Counted from the stretch's first letter, positions 1-10,459 are shown. The stretch: 64,000 bases of DNA from Methanomassiliicoccales archaeon (GCA_036677555.1 JAVBWG010000011.1:14177-78176); one strand, 5' to 3'. Numbers and translations are program-made. The notes: generated from the sequence alone by a model not told the origin.

Positions 1-1
1 C

Positions 2-520
2 GGGCTGCTCAGGACTCTCGCGTCGATCGCCAAGGGATTGCCGTTCGAGGTATCGTACGAGGTCACCCATCACGGACCGTTCCTGGAAGTGCCGACCACT
101 TACGTGGAGATTGGCAGCGACGAGACAAGATGGGGCAATGAGGAGGCCGCCCGAGCCATGGCCAAGGCGCTTCTTGAAATGGTTCCTGCCGAGGGACCCG
201 TCGTGGTCGGCATCGGCGGAGGGCATTACGCCCCGCGTTTCACCGAGGTCACCCTGTCCAAGAAGGTCCGCTTCGGCCATATGGTGGCCAAGCATGTTCT
301 GGACGGGAGGACGGACCAGGAGATCCTGGAGATGGTGGGAAAGGCGATGCGGGCATCGGGGACCAGGTCGGCGTACCTGCACAAGAAATCGTTCTCCCGT
401 CCGGAGGCCAGACGCCTGGGCGACCTCCTGTCGGGAGAAGGTTACCAGGTTCTCGAGGGAAGCGATCTGGAGGAACTTCAGAGCCTGCCGCCTTCGACAT
501 CCTCGGACAGCAGCGCGTAG
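2..520 (+). CDS. dtdA: D-aminoacyl-tRNA deacylase, archaeal DTD2 type (5' end cut by window edge)
   Basis: Frame is open from nt 2 (GLLRTLASIAKGLPFEVSYEVTHHGPF...). HHGP and GIGGGHYAPRF motifs. The track ORF only begins at internal TTG 38. Confidence 0.7.
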   Translation, partial: GLLRTLASIAKGLPFEVSYEVTHHGPFLEVPTTYVEIGSDETRWGNEEAARAMAKALLEMVPAEGPVVVGIGGGHYAPRFTEVTLSKKVRFGHMVAKHVLDGRTDQEILEMVGKAMRASGTRSAYLHKKSFSRPEARRLGDLLSGEGYQVLEGSDLEELQSLPPSTSSDSSA

Positions 521-1116
521 CCGCAGCTCGGACAGGCCTTCCATCCGGGCCTGAGCTCCTCTCCACAGGAGGGACACGTAGGAGCCTTGACGGACCTCTC
601 GGGAGGCGTCCATTCCTTTCTTCCCGAAGGCTTGCCGCTGCGTTCCGCCAATGCGCTGAAGCCGGTGTTGGCTGGTTTCCGCCGATGACCGGACATCAGG
701 TGTATGAGAAGGGACCCGGCCATGAGCAGTATCGCTCCAACCACATCGGTGAAGGCCCCGGCGCCGTAAAGGGCCTCCGTCCCCTGGAAATCGCGGCGCA
801 CCAGGAGGAACGCTGCAATGACCAGCAGGGCGCCGGCCATGGATATAAAAGACTGCATCAGGGGAAGCCTGTCCAGCGGCTTGCTGGATATGAAGACCTT
901 CATCAGGACGAGCGACGTCAGGGCCACGGACAGCCCCCCGACGACCGAGGCCGCCGGAAGGACCGAATAGATGCTGTCGGAACCGAGAAGGTCGAGGAAG
1001 GTTAACGGTTCCTCGTCCGTCACCCAGGGGAGAAGCGCGGATATCGCCATGAGAATCCCGCCGATGATGGCGAAGATCCCGCCGGCCAGGATGGCGTCGT
1101 GCTGCACCTGGGGCAT
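478..1116 (-). CDS. Membrane protein with C-terminal zinc ribbon (hypothetical)
   Basis: Several hydrophobic helices followed by CPSCGEELRPGWKACPSCGY. Its 3' end overlaps the dtdA 3' end convergently by 43 nt. Confidence 0.55.
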   Translation of the reverse strand: MPQVQHDAILAGGIFAIIGGILMAISALLPWVTDEEPLTFLDLLGSDSIYSVLPAASVVGGLSVALTSLVLMKVFISSKPLDRLPLMQSFISMAGALLVIAAFLLVRRDFQGTEALYGAGAFTDVVGAILLMAGSLLIHLMSGHRRKPANTGFSALAERSGKPSGRKEWTPPERSVKAPTCPSCGEELRPGWKACPSCGYALLSEDVEGGRL

Positions 1117-1222
1117 CTGTGCCTGTTGCCTGGGGCGGGGAGGTACGGGAGGGGCCTTCTTATCGACCTTCTTCGGAGGGCCTTTGGCCTTCCCTTCCCT
1201 GGCCTCTCCCTTGGAGAACAGG

Positions 1223-1912
1223 CTAATCGGAAACCACCGTCCCTTTTATGGGTCTACCCTCGATGGCCGCCCTCATCTCGTCCAGATCACGGCCGTCTAC
1301 GATGGCTATGTCTATGTGGCTGTCCCGGGCGATCTGCGCCCCCAGCCTGTCGAACACGTTGGAGGGGCCGGCGCCGTGCATGCCGACGTTCACCAGCTCA
1401 TAAAGCTGCCGATGGGTGATTTTGGACAGCCGCTGAGCCTTGGGGTCCTTGCGGGGATCGGCCGTATACGCCGCGTCGACCGAGGTGCCGTTGATTATTC
1501 GGACCGCCCTTACCTCCTTGGCCAGCATGGCGGACACCGCATCGGTGGTGTGCCCCGGAACCGTGCCGCCCATGACCACCACCTTGCCCTTCCTCTCCAG
1601 CCGGTGCGCCTCCAGGATGTCCGCGGGTACCTTTCCGGCGGACCTGTCCCGCAGGGAATGGGATACCAAGGTGGCGTTGATGCGGGTCGACAGTATCCCC
1701 ATCTCATCCAGGTCGAACTCCGGCAGTCCCAGGTTCCGTCCGACCTTGATGTAGTAGCGGGCGATCTTCCCACCCCCGCACACGAGGTATATCTGATAGC
1801 GGTCGCAGAGGAGCGATATCATCTCGGAGAACCGCTTCAAGAACACGTCGTCGCCGTCATCTGGCACGATGACCGATCCACCAAGAGAGACCACTACCTT
1901 GTCCATTTGCAT
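1223..1912 (-). CDS. pyrH: Uridylate (UMP) kinase, archaeal type
   Basis: VVSLGGSVI N-terminus, VVMGGTVPGHTTD, about 229 aa amino-acid-kinase fold pattern. Confidence 0.85.
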   Translation of the reverse strand: MQMDKVVVSLGGSVIVPDDGDDVFLKRFSEMISLLCDRYQIYLVCGGGKIARYYIKVGRNLGLPEFDLDEMGILSTRINATLVSHSLRDRSAGKVPADILEAHRLERKGKVVVMGGTVPGHTTDAVSAMLAKEVRAVRIINGTSVDAAYTADPRKDPKAQRLSKITHRQLYELVNVGMHGAGPSNVFDRLGAQIARDSHIDIAIVDGRDLDEMRAAIEGRPIKGTVVSD

Positions 1913-1969
1913 ACCAACAGATATAAGTGAGAACCGTTTTCACCTAAAAAAAGGATAGGTCGTTGGATA

Positions 1970-3217
1970 ATGGAAGGAATTACCGGCGAGACCCTCTCCG
2001 ATCGTCAGAAGTACGATTTCAAGAGGTCTCTGGAGGAGATCAAGGACCTCAAGGGCCGAGGCACCGAGCTCATCTCAGTGTACGTGCCGCCCAACAAGCA
2101 GATCTCCGATGTCGCCGCCTATCTGCGCGAGGAGTTCTCCCAATCATCGAACATCAAGTCCCAGGGCACCCGTAAGAATGTCCAGGGAGCGATACAGTCC
2201 ATCCTCGCCCGCCTGAAGTATTTCAAGGCGCCCCCGGCCAACGGGGTCATTTTCTTCGTCGGGGAGGTGTCCTCCACTGGCGACCAGACCAAGATGGTGC
2301 AGTACGTGCTGGAGCCTCCGGACCCCATCACCACGTTCCTGTACCGCTGTGATTCCGATTTCTATCTCGAGCCCCTGCTCGACATGCTGGTGGACAAGAA
2401 GGTCTACGGGCTGGTGGTCATCGATCGTTCTGAAGCGACCATTGGCATACTGCGCGGGAAGCGCATATCGGTCATCCGGAACTTGCCGTCCCTGGTGCCG
2501 TCCAAGCACAGAATGGGCGGACAGTCGGCCCAGCGTTTCGAACGCCTGATCGAGATCTCCGCCAACGAGTACTACAAGAAGGTCAGCGACATAATGACCG
2601 AGTCTTTCCTGAACCTGGACGGACTGCAGGGCATCCTGGTCGGTGGACCTGGACCGTCCAAGGAGTTCTTTGTCAAGGAAGGGTATCTGCACCATGAGCT
2701 GGCCAAGCGGGTGATCGAGACCTTTGATACGGGCTATACGGACGAGTACGGCCTCAAGGAACTGGTGGAGAAGGCCAAGGACAAGCTGTACGACCTGGAC
2801 CTGATGAAGGAGAAGCGCTACATCCAGCAGTTCCTCAACGAGGTTCGGAAGTCCGAGGGCGGCCTTTCCGTCTACGGTGAGGACCAGATCCGCCATGCGA
2901 TCATGATCGGGGCGGTGGACACCTTGCTGGTGTCGGAAGGCCTTCGCAAGCGAAGGGTGACCCTGGACTGCCCGCAATGCGGAACGATGGAACTTACGAT
3001 CGACAAGAGCCCCGAAGGGACCACCATGACCTGCCCCAAATGCGGGACGGTCGGGACGGTCAGCAAAGATGTAGACCTGGTGGACGATCTGTTCGACCAG
3101 GCCGGTCTGATGGGCACCAAGGTGGAGCTCATCTCCCCGGAGTCGGAGGAGGGGGAGATGCTGCTCAAGGCCTTTGGGGGAATCGCCGGACTTCTCAGAT
3201 TCAGCATAGGTGTGTAA
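1970..3217 (+). CDS. prf1: Peptide chain release factor aRF1
   Basis: NIKS (SSNIKSQG) and GGQ (RMGGQSAQRF) motifs; 415 aa; C-terminal Zn-ribbon insert CPQCG...CPKCG. Confidence 0.95.
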   Translation: MEGITGETLSDRQKYDFKRSLEEIKDLKGRGTELISVYVPPNKQISDVAAYLREEFSQSSNIKSQGTRKNVQGAIQSILARLKYFKAPPANGVIFFVGEVSSTGDQTKMVQYVLEPPDPITTFLYRCDSDFYLEPLLDMLVDKKVYGLVVIDRSEATIGILRGKRISVIRNLPSLVPSKHRMGGQSAQRFERLIEISANEYYKKVSDIMTESFLNLDGLQGILVGGPGPSKEFFVKEGYLHHELAKRVIETFDTGYTDEYGLKELVEKAKDKLYDLDLMKEKRYIQQFLNEVRKSEGGLSVYGEDQIRHAIMIGAVDTLLVSEGLRKRRVTLDCPQCGTMELTIDKSPEGTTMTCPKCGTVGTVSKDVDLVDDLFDQAGLMGTKVELISPESEEGEMLLKAFGGIAGLLRFSIGV

Positions 3218-4930
3218 ATGGACGCCCTAGGTCATTTCGAGGAACATATCAGGTCCAAGCTGGCCGCCGAGCTCGGCGCCATGGGATTCGTGGGCGAGGT
3301 GGTCCTGGAAAGGCCGGACCATGAGATGGCCGATCTGGCGCTGCCGTGCTTCCAGTTCGCCAAGCAGCTGCGCAAGGCGCCGCCGGCGATCGCCCAGGAA
3401 CTGAGCGCGCGCATAACCACTGACGAGCGCATCGGAAAGGTCTGGGCCGACAAGGGTTACATCAACTTCCGGGTGAACGAATCGCTGCTGAGCGAGCTGG
3501 TCATCAGGGACGCCCTGCAGCGCCGGGAGGATTTCGGCCGAGGAGAGGCGAGGCCGGGGAAAGTGCTTCTGGAGCACACCTCGGTTAACCCCACCGGACC
3601 GATACATGTCGGCCGGGCCAGGAACCCGCTGATCGGGGACACCTTGGCCAGGTGCCTGAAGATGTGCGGACACGACGTCAGCACGGAGTACTACGTGAAC
3701 GACGTGGGAAAGCAGGTTGTGCTGCTGACCTGGGCCCTGGCGAACCTTACGGAGAAGGATGTGCCGCCTTCGGAACGCCAGAAGGACGACCACCGGCTGG
3801 TCGGCTATTATCAGGCGGCGAACAAGATGATGGAATCGTCAGCGGACGTCGCCAACGAAATCGCCGTCATGACCCAGAGGTTCGAGGCCGGCAATCCGGA
3901 GGTCATAGCCCAGGTGCGCCGCACCGTGGACCTAATGCTCGGCGGGATCAAGGAGAGCCTGGGCGGGGTGAACGTCCACCTGGACCGCTACACCTATGAG
4001 TCGCAGTTCATTTTGGACGGTTCCGCCAGGGAGATCGTGGACCGGCTGAAGGCATCCAGCTACGCCGAGATGGACGATGGTGCCTACTATCTCAACCTGG
4101 AGGAGTTCGGGGTGCATGGACGCGACACCCGCTTCTTCTTCACCAGGAAGGACGGGACCACCCTGTACACCACACGAGATCTAGCGTATCACATGGACAA
4201 GTTCGGCCGGGCCGACGAGCTGCTGAACATACTGGGCGAGGACCAGAAGCTGGGACAGAAGCAGCTCGCCTCCGCCCTGAAGATACTCGGCTCGGAGAGG
4301 TCCCCGGAATGCATCTACTACTCGTTCGTCTCCCTTCCCGAGGGACGCATGTCCACCCGGAAAGGCGTGGTAGTCTACTTGGACGACCTTCTGGAGGAGG
4401 CGGTGGAACGGGCTTACCAGGAGGTTTGCTCGCGCCGCCCCGATCTGGAGGAGGAGAAGAAGCGCAGCATCGCCGCTGACATCGGCGTCGGCGCTGTCCG
4501 GTACAACATCATCCGGGTTCAGGCGGAGAAGCAGCTCATATTCAAGTGGGAGGAGGCGCTGAACTTCGAGGGGAACAGCGCTCCCTTCGTTCAGTACGCG
4601 CATGCGCGCTGCTGCTCCATACTTCGTAAGACGGGAGATTTTAATAAAAGCGCCGACGTATCGGTTCTGACAGACCCCTACGAGCGAAAGCTCGTGTGGA
4701 TACTGGCGCAGTTCCCGGAAGTGGTTCGGCAGGCGGGGGACAAACGCCGCATAAACATGCTCCCCACCTACGGTCACGAGCTGGCCTCGGCCCTGAACCA
4801 GTTCTACGGCGCGGTGCCGGTGCTCCGGTCTGAGCATCAGGACGCCAGGCTGTGCCTGGTGGATGCGGCTCGCTGGGCGTTGCGAAACGCCTTGGTGACC
4901 ATGGGGATAGCGGCTCCGGAGGAGATGTGA
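3218..4930 (+). CDS. argS: Arginine--tRNA ligase
   Basis: Class I signatures PTGPIHVGRARN and MSTRKG; 570 aa; starts directly after the prf1 stop. Confidence 0.95.
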   Translation: MDALGHFEEHIRSKLAAELGAMGFVGEVVLERPDHEMADLALPCFQFAKQLRKAPPAIAQELSARITTDERIGKVWADKGYINFRVNESLLSELVIRDALQRREDFGRGEARPGKVLLEHTSVNPTGPIHVGRARNPLIGDTLARCLKMCGHDVSTEYYVNDVGKQVVLLTWALANLTEKDVPPSERQKDDHRLVGYYQAANKMMESSADVANEIAVMTQRFEAGNPEVIAQVRRTVDLMLGGIKESLGGVNVHLDRYTYESQFILDGSAREIVDRLKASSYAEMDDGAYYLNLEEFGVHGRDTRFFFTRKDGTTLYTTRDLAYHMDKFGRADELLNILGEDQKLGQKQLASALKILGSERSPECIYYSFVSLPEGRMSTRKGVVVYLDDLLEEAVERAYQEVCSRRPDLEEEKKRSIAADIGVGAVRYNIIRVQAEKQLIFKWEEALNFEGNSAPFVQYAHARCCSILRKTGDFNKSADVSVLTDPYERKLVWILAQFPEVVRQAGDKRRINMLPTYGHELASALNQFYGAVPVLRSEHQDARLCLVDAARWALRNALVTMGIAAPEEM

Positions 4931-5421
4931 TGGTGGACATAAGGAAGCTCAAGGACGATGACAAACCGCAGGTGAGGACGCTGGAGCTATTCTGCATACG
5001 CGAATACCTGGAAGGATCGCTGCAGAAGAGCTGGGACGATCTGCCGGCCGAGCTCATGGAGCAGTTGGGCGCCTCCACCAAGGACTCCTATGAATTCTAC
5101 CGCGACGGCGGCATGAGCTATGTCGCCGTGGACAAGGGACAGGTGGTCGGCTTCCTGTTCTCCCAGATCATCCAGCATGTCAACAACATCGAGAAGGTGC
5201 TGTGGATCGAGAACCTGGGCGTTCACCCGGACCATCGCCGGAAGGGCGTGGGCCTGAAGCTGTTGCGCCGGGCTGCCCTGGACGGCAAGAAAAAGGGCGC
5301 CAAGGCTGTGCAGAGCGTTGTCATGCCCGATGCCAAGGACGCGGTGATGCTGCACAAGAAGGTGGGCTTCTTCATCGACGGCCGCAAATTCGCCTTCCTG
5401 GACCTGGAAAATTTCCAGTGA
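4930..5421 (+). CDS. GNAT family N-acetyltransferase
   Basis: HRRKGVGLKLL acetyl-CoA motif. ATG at 4930 shares the A of the argS TGA stop; the track start at 4852 lies inside argS. Confidence 0.8.
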   Translation: MVDIRKLKDDDKPQVRTLELFCIREYLEGSLQKSWDDLPAELMEQLGASTKDSYEFYRDGGMSYVAVDKGQVVGFLFSQIIQHVNNIEKVLWIENLGVHPDHRRKGVGLKLLRRAALDGKKKGAKAVQSVVMPDAKDAVMLHKKVGFFIDGRKFAFLDLENFQ

Positions 5422-6156
5422 TCAGAACTGGAGGATGAAGTCCTCCTTTCCGTACTTTTCTTCCACGAGGGTCTTTACCCTCACTTTCTCCCTTTCGTTC
5501 ACCGGTATGCACACCGCCCTCTGCTCCAACTCCTCGGAGAACGCTCGAACCAGAGCGTCCTTGACCTGGTCCATGTCCGGAGACGTTCCCAGCTCGTCTC
5601 GCAGGCAGGTCATCTGCTCCCTGGTCCGGGCGCGCTTGTCCTGCCTGGGACGGAGGACGCGCAGCATGCGGTCCAGGTCCGTGTCCACCAGAAGCGTTCC
5701 GTGCACCATGAGAATTCCCATCTTCCGGGTCTGGGCACTGCCTGAAATCTTCCTTCCCTGCACGACGATGTCGTTCGGGGGCTTGTGCTTCGCTTCCACG
5801 CCCAATGAGCGAAGGGCGTTGACGATGACCCCGCAGGTGAGGGCGTAGGCGTCCTCGGGCCTGGGTACCGCCCCCTGATCGATGGTCAGCGAGAAGATGA
5901 GCTGCCCCTGGTCGGTGTAGATCGTGCTTCCTCCGGACATCCGGCGGATCAGGAACACATTCTCATCCAGAAGCGCCTGCGGATCGATGGCCACATCCAC
6001 CTTCTCAAAGTATCCCAGGGAGATCGTCGGTCTGTCCCTTATATAAAGATGCAGAGTGGGCGGCATGAGACCCTTGGAGCAGGATTCCATTATCGCCTCC
6101 TCGAGGGCGACGGAATAGAGCGGATGGCAGATGCCGGAATCTATGAGACGAAGCAT
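5422..6156 (-). CDS. Lipoate-protein ligase family protein (BPL/LPL catalytic domain)
   Basis: GRKISGSAQTR lysine motif, RMSGGSTIY, 244 aa. Confidence 0.75.
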   Translation of the reverse strand: MLRLIDSGICHPLYSVALEEAIMESCSKGLMPPTLHLYIRDRPTISLGYFEKVDVAIDPQALLDENVFLIRRMSGGSTIYTDQGQLIFSLTIDQGAVPRPEDAYALTCGVIVNALRSLGVEAKHKPPNDIVVQGRKISGSAQTRKMGILMVHGTLLVDTDLDRMLRVLRPRQDKRARTREQMTCLRDELGTSPDMDQVKDALVRAFSEELEQRAVCIPVNEREKVRVKTLVEEKYGKEDFILQF

Positions 6157-6197
6157 TATGACAAATAAAAAAGAAAAGGGATGGTAAAAGGTTTTGC

Positions 6198-9092
6198 CTA
6201 CTTCTTCTTGGCCGGCGGGGAGGGACCCTTCTTGCCGGACATCATGGGCAGCTTCTTCCTGAACAGGAAGAGAACGATGACCACGATGATAACGGCGAAG
6301 ATACCGCCGTAGAGCAGCCAGGACTTCCAGGCAGCCTCCTCCACGGTCAGGGACTTGGTGGCGGAGTTGTCGGTCATCTTGGAGCTGACCTCCTCGTTGG
6401 CGCTGACGTTCACCTGCAGGGTGTAGTCGCCCTTGGAGTCGAAGGCGTACTTGAACCTCAGCTGGCCGGTCTCTCCGACCTGAAGCTCGTCGTCCTCGGT
6501 TCCGTTGACCAGCAGGACGCTCACATCGGTGAGCAGCTTCCTGGTCCCGTCCAAGTTGACCTTGTACAGCTGGCCGTATATACCCTTGGCCTCGGCGGTG
6601 CCCACGTTGGTCACGTTGACGTAGATGTAGCCATCCTCGCCCTCGGTGAACTTGGTGGGATCGAAGCTAACGACGCCGACACGGAGGTCCGGACGGGCCG
6701 AGGACTCGACCTTGAGGCTCATAGTGGTGTTGGCCTTGTTCCCGGCGTTGTCGGTCAGGGTCAGCTTCACGGTGAAGGTCTTTATCGCCGAGTAGTTGTG
6801 GGTCGGGGAGGCCAGGGTGCTGTTGGTCCCGTCGCCGAACTCCCAGAAGTAACTTGCGATCCCGCTGGCATCGCTGGATGCCGAGGCATCGAAGGTCAGG
6901 GTCTGGTTCTCCTTGGCGCTGGTGACCACGGTGCCGTTCAGCTTGACGGAGAACTTCACGGTGGGCTTCACAGTGTCATTCACGGTAACGGTGACCGTCT
7001 TGCTGGAGGTGTGGTTCGCGACATCGGTCACGTTCAGGTACATGGTGAATATACCAGCCTTGGTCCAGGTCTTGGTCACGGTCTGGTTCTCACCCATGAG
7101 CACGGTGGTGGTGTTACCGTCGCCCCATACCCACTTGTAGCTGGCGATGAGACCGGCCTCGGTCGTGGCGTTCAGCCTGTCGTAGGAATCAGCGCTGTTG
7201 AAGGTGTATGCCTTGTTCTGGTCGACGGTGAGGGTCGTTCCCAGCACGGTCACGTTCTCCTTGGCGGCCACCTCGGGGTTGACGCCGTCCACCTTCACGT
7301 CGAAGGACTTGTAGGCGACGAGTCCGGCCTGGTCGGTGACGGTCAGGTTGACGGTGTACTGCTCAGCGTTGGCGTATGCATACACGTAGGTCAGGTTGGA
7401 CACCGGTCCGCTGCCGTTTCCGTCGCCGAAGTCCCAGGTGTATTCCAGCGGGTTCTGGTTCGGATCGCTGGACCCGGAGGCGGTGAAGGTCACGTTCTGT
7501 CCCTTGGCGACAATGTAGTGCAGGAAGGTGGAACCGTTCATCACCTTGTAGGCGTCGACGCCGGTGACTATGGCGGCGGCGGCCGTGGGGGCCACGGACT
7601 TCTGTACGGTCAGGGTCACATCGGCCTTGGCGGTAGCGCCGGAACTGACGGTCACATCGGTGTATCCAGTGACGGTCGCCCCGGAGTTGGACGGAGTGAT
7701 CGTGGCGCTTCCGACCTTCTCATAGAGGTTCGGGAAGGATACGGTATAGTTGTACCTCATGTCCGACAGGGTCTTCGGTATGGAGACCTTGACGGAGTAG
7801 GACGCCAGGTCGTTGGTCACGGTGCTGAGGGTGGTGTAGCCGGCGACCATCTCGATGTGTATGTCGGCGGAGGCGTTGACCGCGCCGACCAATCCAGTTA
7901 TGTCGTACTCAGGATCGGCCAGGTCGGACACCAGGATCTGGTTTCCGACAGTCAGCATGCCCTGGGTGGTGACTTCGATGGGGCCGAAGGCCACCATCTC
8001 GTCGACGAAGGCTGCGGCCTCGGTGGCGTTCACGTTGCCGTCGCCGTTTCCGAACACCAGGTCGATCTGCATCCTGGCGCTTGGGATCTCAGCATAGTCC
8101 AGCCCGGGAACGGTGTTGTCGTGGTCCACGGCCAGTTTCTTGGTCAGGGTGGCCACGTTCCAGTCGTTCGCATCGAACTCGAAGTTGTTCTCGGTGATCT
8201 GGACGTTCTGCGCGGCGAGATCAATGGTCTTCACCGGGTTCGTCGCTCCGATGGTGACCGTCTCGATGGTGGAGAGGGCTCCGTCGGCATCGACCACCAG
8301 GGTGAAGGTGCCCACGTAGGCGTCGAAGGTGAAGTACGGGGAGGTTCCAGCGGCCTTGATTATCTTCCTATCTGTCTCAACCAGAGGGTTGGAACCCACC
8401 AGATACGCAACGACCCCGGTCGCCGGGGCGTCGTTCACGGTCACGAATCCAGCGTAGACCACGGCTGCGGACAGGGTGATGTTGACGGTCTTGTTGGATC
8501 CGCCGATCACCACTCCGGCCTCCACATCGGTGGAGTATCCGGACTTGGAGCAGACCACGGAGTAGGTTCCGTTGGGCAGGCTCAAGGTGGCCACGCCGTT
8601 GTCGGCGACGGTGGATATGGAGGTGACAGCGTCATCATGGACGGTCTTGACGACAACAATGGCATCGTCAAGGGCCCCGGCGGTCCCGTTGACGTTTACC
8701 GTCATGGTGTAGGTGTCAGCGCTCATCTGGGCCAGAGGAGCGAACACGGTCTTCGCAGAAAGATCGTCGAAGCGGAAAACATCGCTCTGGTACGTGTAGT
8801 ATCCGGACCTGGACACCACGACCTTGTAGTATCCGTCCAAGGGAGTGAATTTGACCACGCCGCCCGTCCCGGTCGTCTGGGCAGGGATGGCGCTCTGCTG
8901 GTGTACGCCTATCAGGGCGACCGAGGCTCCGACCACAGGGGCAGCGTTGTTCTCATTATACACGATGATCGACAGTTCATTCCCGGAGGTCGCGGCGCTG
9001 ACGTTCCCAGGCACGACCGCCAAGAGCGGCATGGCCAAGAGCATCAGGACCATCAATCCGGTCGCTAGCTTCCAGGTTTTGTTCAATTGCAT
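6198..9092 (-). CDS. Large surface (S-layer-like) protein with PKD repeats and C-terminal TM anchor
   Basis: Signal peptide MQLNKTWKLATGLMVLMLLAMPLLA. Three PKD cores (YTWDFGDGNGS, YKWVWGDGNTT, YFWEFGDGTNS). CARDB-like NVTNVGTAEAKG. C-terminal helix plus a basic tail. 29 N-x-S/T sequons counted by eye. Confidence 0.85.
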   Translation of the reverse strand: MQLNKTWKLATGLMVLMLLAMPLLAVVPGNVSAATSGNELSIIVYNENNAAPVVGASVALIGVHQQSAIPAQTTGTGGVVKFTPLDGYYKVVVSRSGYYTYQSDVFRFDDLSAKTVFAPLAQMSADTYTMTVNVNGTAGALDDAIVVVKTVHDDAVTSISTVADNGVATLSLPNGTYSVVCSKSGYSTDVEAGVVIGGSNKTVNITLSAAVVYAGFVTVNDAPATGVVAYLVGSNPLVETDRKIIKAAGTSPYFTFDAYVGTFTLVVDADGALSTIETVTIGATNPVKTIDLAAQNVQITENNFEFDANDWNVATLTKKLAVDHDNTVPGLDYAEIPSARMQIDLVFGNGDGNVNATEAAAFVDEMVAFGPIEVTTQGMLTVGNQILVSDLADPEYDITGLVGAVNASADIHIEMVAGYTTLSTVTNDLASYSVKVSIPKTLSDMRYNYTVSFPNLYEKVGSATITPSNSGATVTGYTDVTVSSGATAKADVTLTVQKSVAPTAAAAIVTGVDAYKVMNGSTFLHYIVAKGQNVTFTASGSSDPNQNPLEYTWDFGDGNGSGPVSNLTYVYAYANAEQYTVNLTVTDQAGLVAYKSFDVKVDGVNPEVAAKENVTVLGTTLTVDQNKAYTFNSADSYDRLNATTEAGLIASYKWVWGDGNTTTVLMGENQTVTKTWTKAGIFTMYLNVTDVANHTSSKTVTVTVNDTVKPTVKFSVKLNGTVVTSAKENQTLTFDASASSDASGIASYFWEFGDGTNSTLASPTHNYSAIKTFTVKLTLTDNAGNKANTTMSLKVESSARPDLRVGVVSFDPTKFTEGEDGYIYVNVTNVGTAEAKGIYGQLYKVNLDGTRKLLTDVSVLLVNGTEDDELQVGETGQLRFKYAFDSKGDYTLQVNVSANEEVSSKMTDNSATKSLTVEEAAWKSWLLYGGIFAVIIVVIVLFLFRKKLPMMSGKKGPSPPAKKK

Positions 9093-9245
9093 TATTTCCC
9101 TCCCTCACGATAGGCGCACCTATAGTGCTGACTGAGTCTCGGGTTATCTCGGAATAGTGTTGCTCTTAATAAAGGTTATCCAAACGAAAAAACCATGCTG
9201 GCCATCGCCAATAAGAGGATGGAAAAGAGGTTTGCGAAGTATCGC

Positions 9246-10403
9246 TCAGGTGACGATCTCCGCCACGCGGTCCTGTTCGATGGCCCGCCTGACCTCCATC
9301 GCCAGCCGCCGGCCGGTGCTGACGCTCCGGCGCCAGAGCGAGTTGGCGTACGGGTGGCCGACGGACATGTGGACGTTCGTACCGCCGCCTATGCGCGGAG
9401 CCACGTCATAAATGAAGAACTTGAGGTCCTTGTCCACGCAGGTCTGCAAACAGAAAGGACCGATCATGCCGGGAGCGAAGTGCTTTTCCGCGGCCTTCAC
9501 GAACTTTTCGGCAAGCTCGAACGCTCCGTCCAGAAGAGATTCGCGCATGGTCGAGGAGTTGTGGCCGCAGACCGTCATTTCAGGGATGCGCTGCTTGTCG
9601 TTCAGCGCAAGCTGCTGCTCTGCCGGGAGCCTTACGAAACCGTCCAGGGAGGACTCGAAGCGCCAGTCGATGCCCAGCAGTTCTATCTTTGAACCTTTCT
9701 CCTCCAGAGGGGAATAGAAAAAGTCCAGATTGAAGACCGGGCCGATTATGTATTCCTCCATTCGCGCGTCGGCCAGGGAATCCTCCTCGATCACGCCGTC
9801 GCGGATCAGCTTCTTGGCCTTCTCCGAATATTCTTCCGGAGTGGAAGCGGTGAAGAACCCGCGCTCCAGCTTCTTCTGCTTGTGATGCAGCTTTACTATG
9901 GTAAGAGCGCTGATGTCCTCGGGTTTTTTCACTTTTCGCGGGGACGGCATTCCGGCCTTCTCAAGCACCCAGTAATAGTCTTTCTCGCCGCCGCGGTCCT
10001 CGCAGCGTAGCATGTTACGGGAGCCGACTAGGGGAACCGGGAAATCGTTCTCCACCGAGTCGATGCTGCAGTAGGAGGTGAACGAGCGGTTGGGCACGAA
10101 AAGCACGTTCTCCTTCAGCAGACGGTCGACCACCTGCTTGCTGGTCGCGTCCTTGAACTTCTTGAGCATGAGCGCTTCGTCGACAATGCCCCTCCTCAGC
10201 TGTCCGTTCTTCTCGCGGTAGGCCTTGAAGTATTTGGTGTAGGCGGAATCGCGCCCTTCCTGGCACACGGCCAGGGTGCGGAAGCCCTCCTCCACCGCGC
10301 CATCGCAGACGTCCAGCGCGGAGTGCGAGGCGAGCACCCCGATCTTGATCTTCTCCGGATTGTAAGCTTCCAGTTTGCCCAGGATGGTGTCCCTGTCGAT
10401 CAT
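9246..10403 (-). CDS. purP: FAICAR synthetase (5-formaminoimidazole-4-carboxamide ribonucleotide synthetase), archaeal PurP
   Basis: IKIGVLASHSALDVCDGAVEEGFRTLAVCQEGR N-terminus typical of PurP; ATP-grasp length of 385 aa. Confidence 0.85.
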   Translation of the reverse strand: MIDRDTILGKLEAYNPEKIKIGVLASHSALDVCDGAVEEGFRTLAVCQEGRDSAYTKYFKAYREKNGQLRRGIVDEALMLKKFKDATSKQVVDRLLKENVLFVPNRSFTSYCSIDSVENDFPVPLVGSRNMLRCEDRGGEKDYYWVLEKAGMPSPRKVKKPEDISALTIVKLHHKQKKLERGFFTASTPEEYSEKAKKLIRDGVIEEDSLADARMEEYIIGPVFNLDFFYSPLEEKGSKIELLGIDWRFESSLDGFVRLPAEQQLALNDKQRIPEMTVCGHNSSTMRESLLDGAFELAEKFVKAAEKHFAPGMIGPFCLQTCVDKDLKFFIYDVAPRIGGGTNVHMSVGHPYANSLWRRSVSTGRRLAMEVRRAIEQDRVAEIVT

Positions 10404-10459
10404 TCAGCTCCCTCAGGAATGATTAGGGAACGTTCCATAGCATATTAAGTTGTGCCAAA

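Noticed and set aside
478-520. 43-nt convergent overlap of dtdA and the Zn-ribbon membrane gene as a possible antisense-regulation site
   Set aside because: Short convergent 3' overlaps are common in compact archaeal genomes, and nothing else distinguishes this site.
6798-9068. 756-aa plus-strand ORF
   Set aside because: It lies entirely antisense to the PKD surface-protein gene. Its composition is G/V/H/D/R-rich and low in complexity, typical of shadow ORFs in GC-rich DNA, and it has no recognisable motif.
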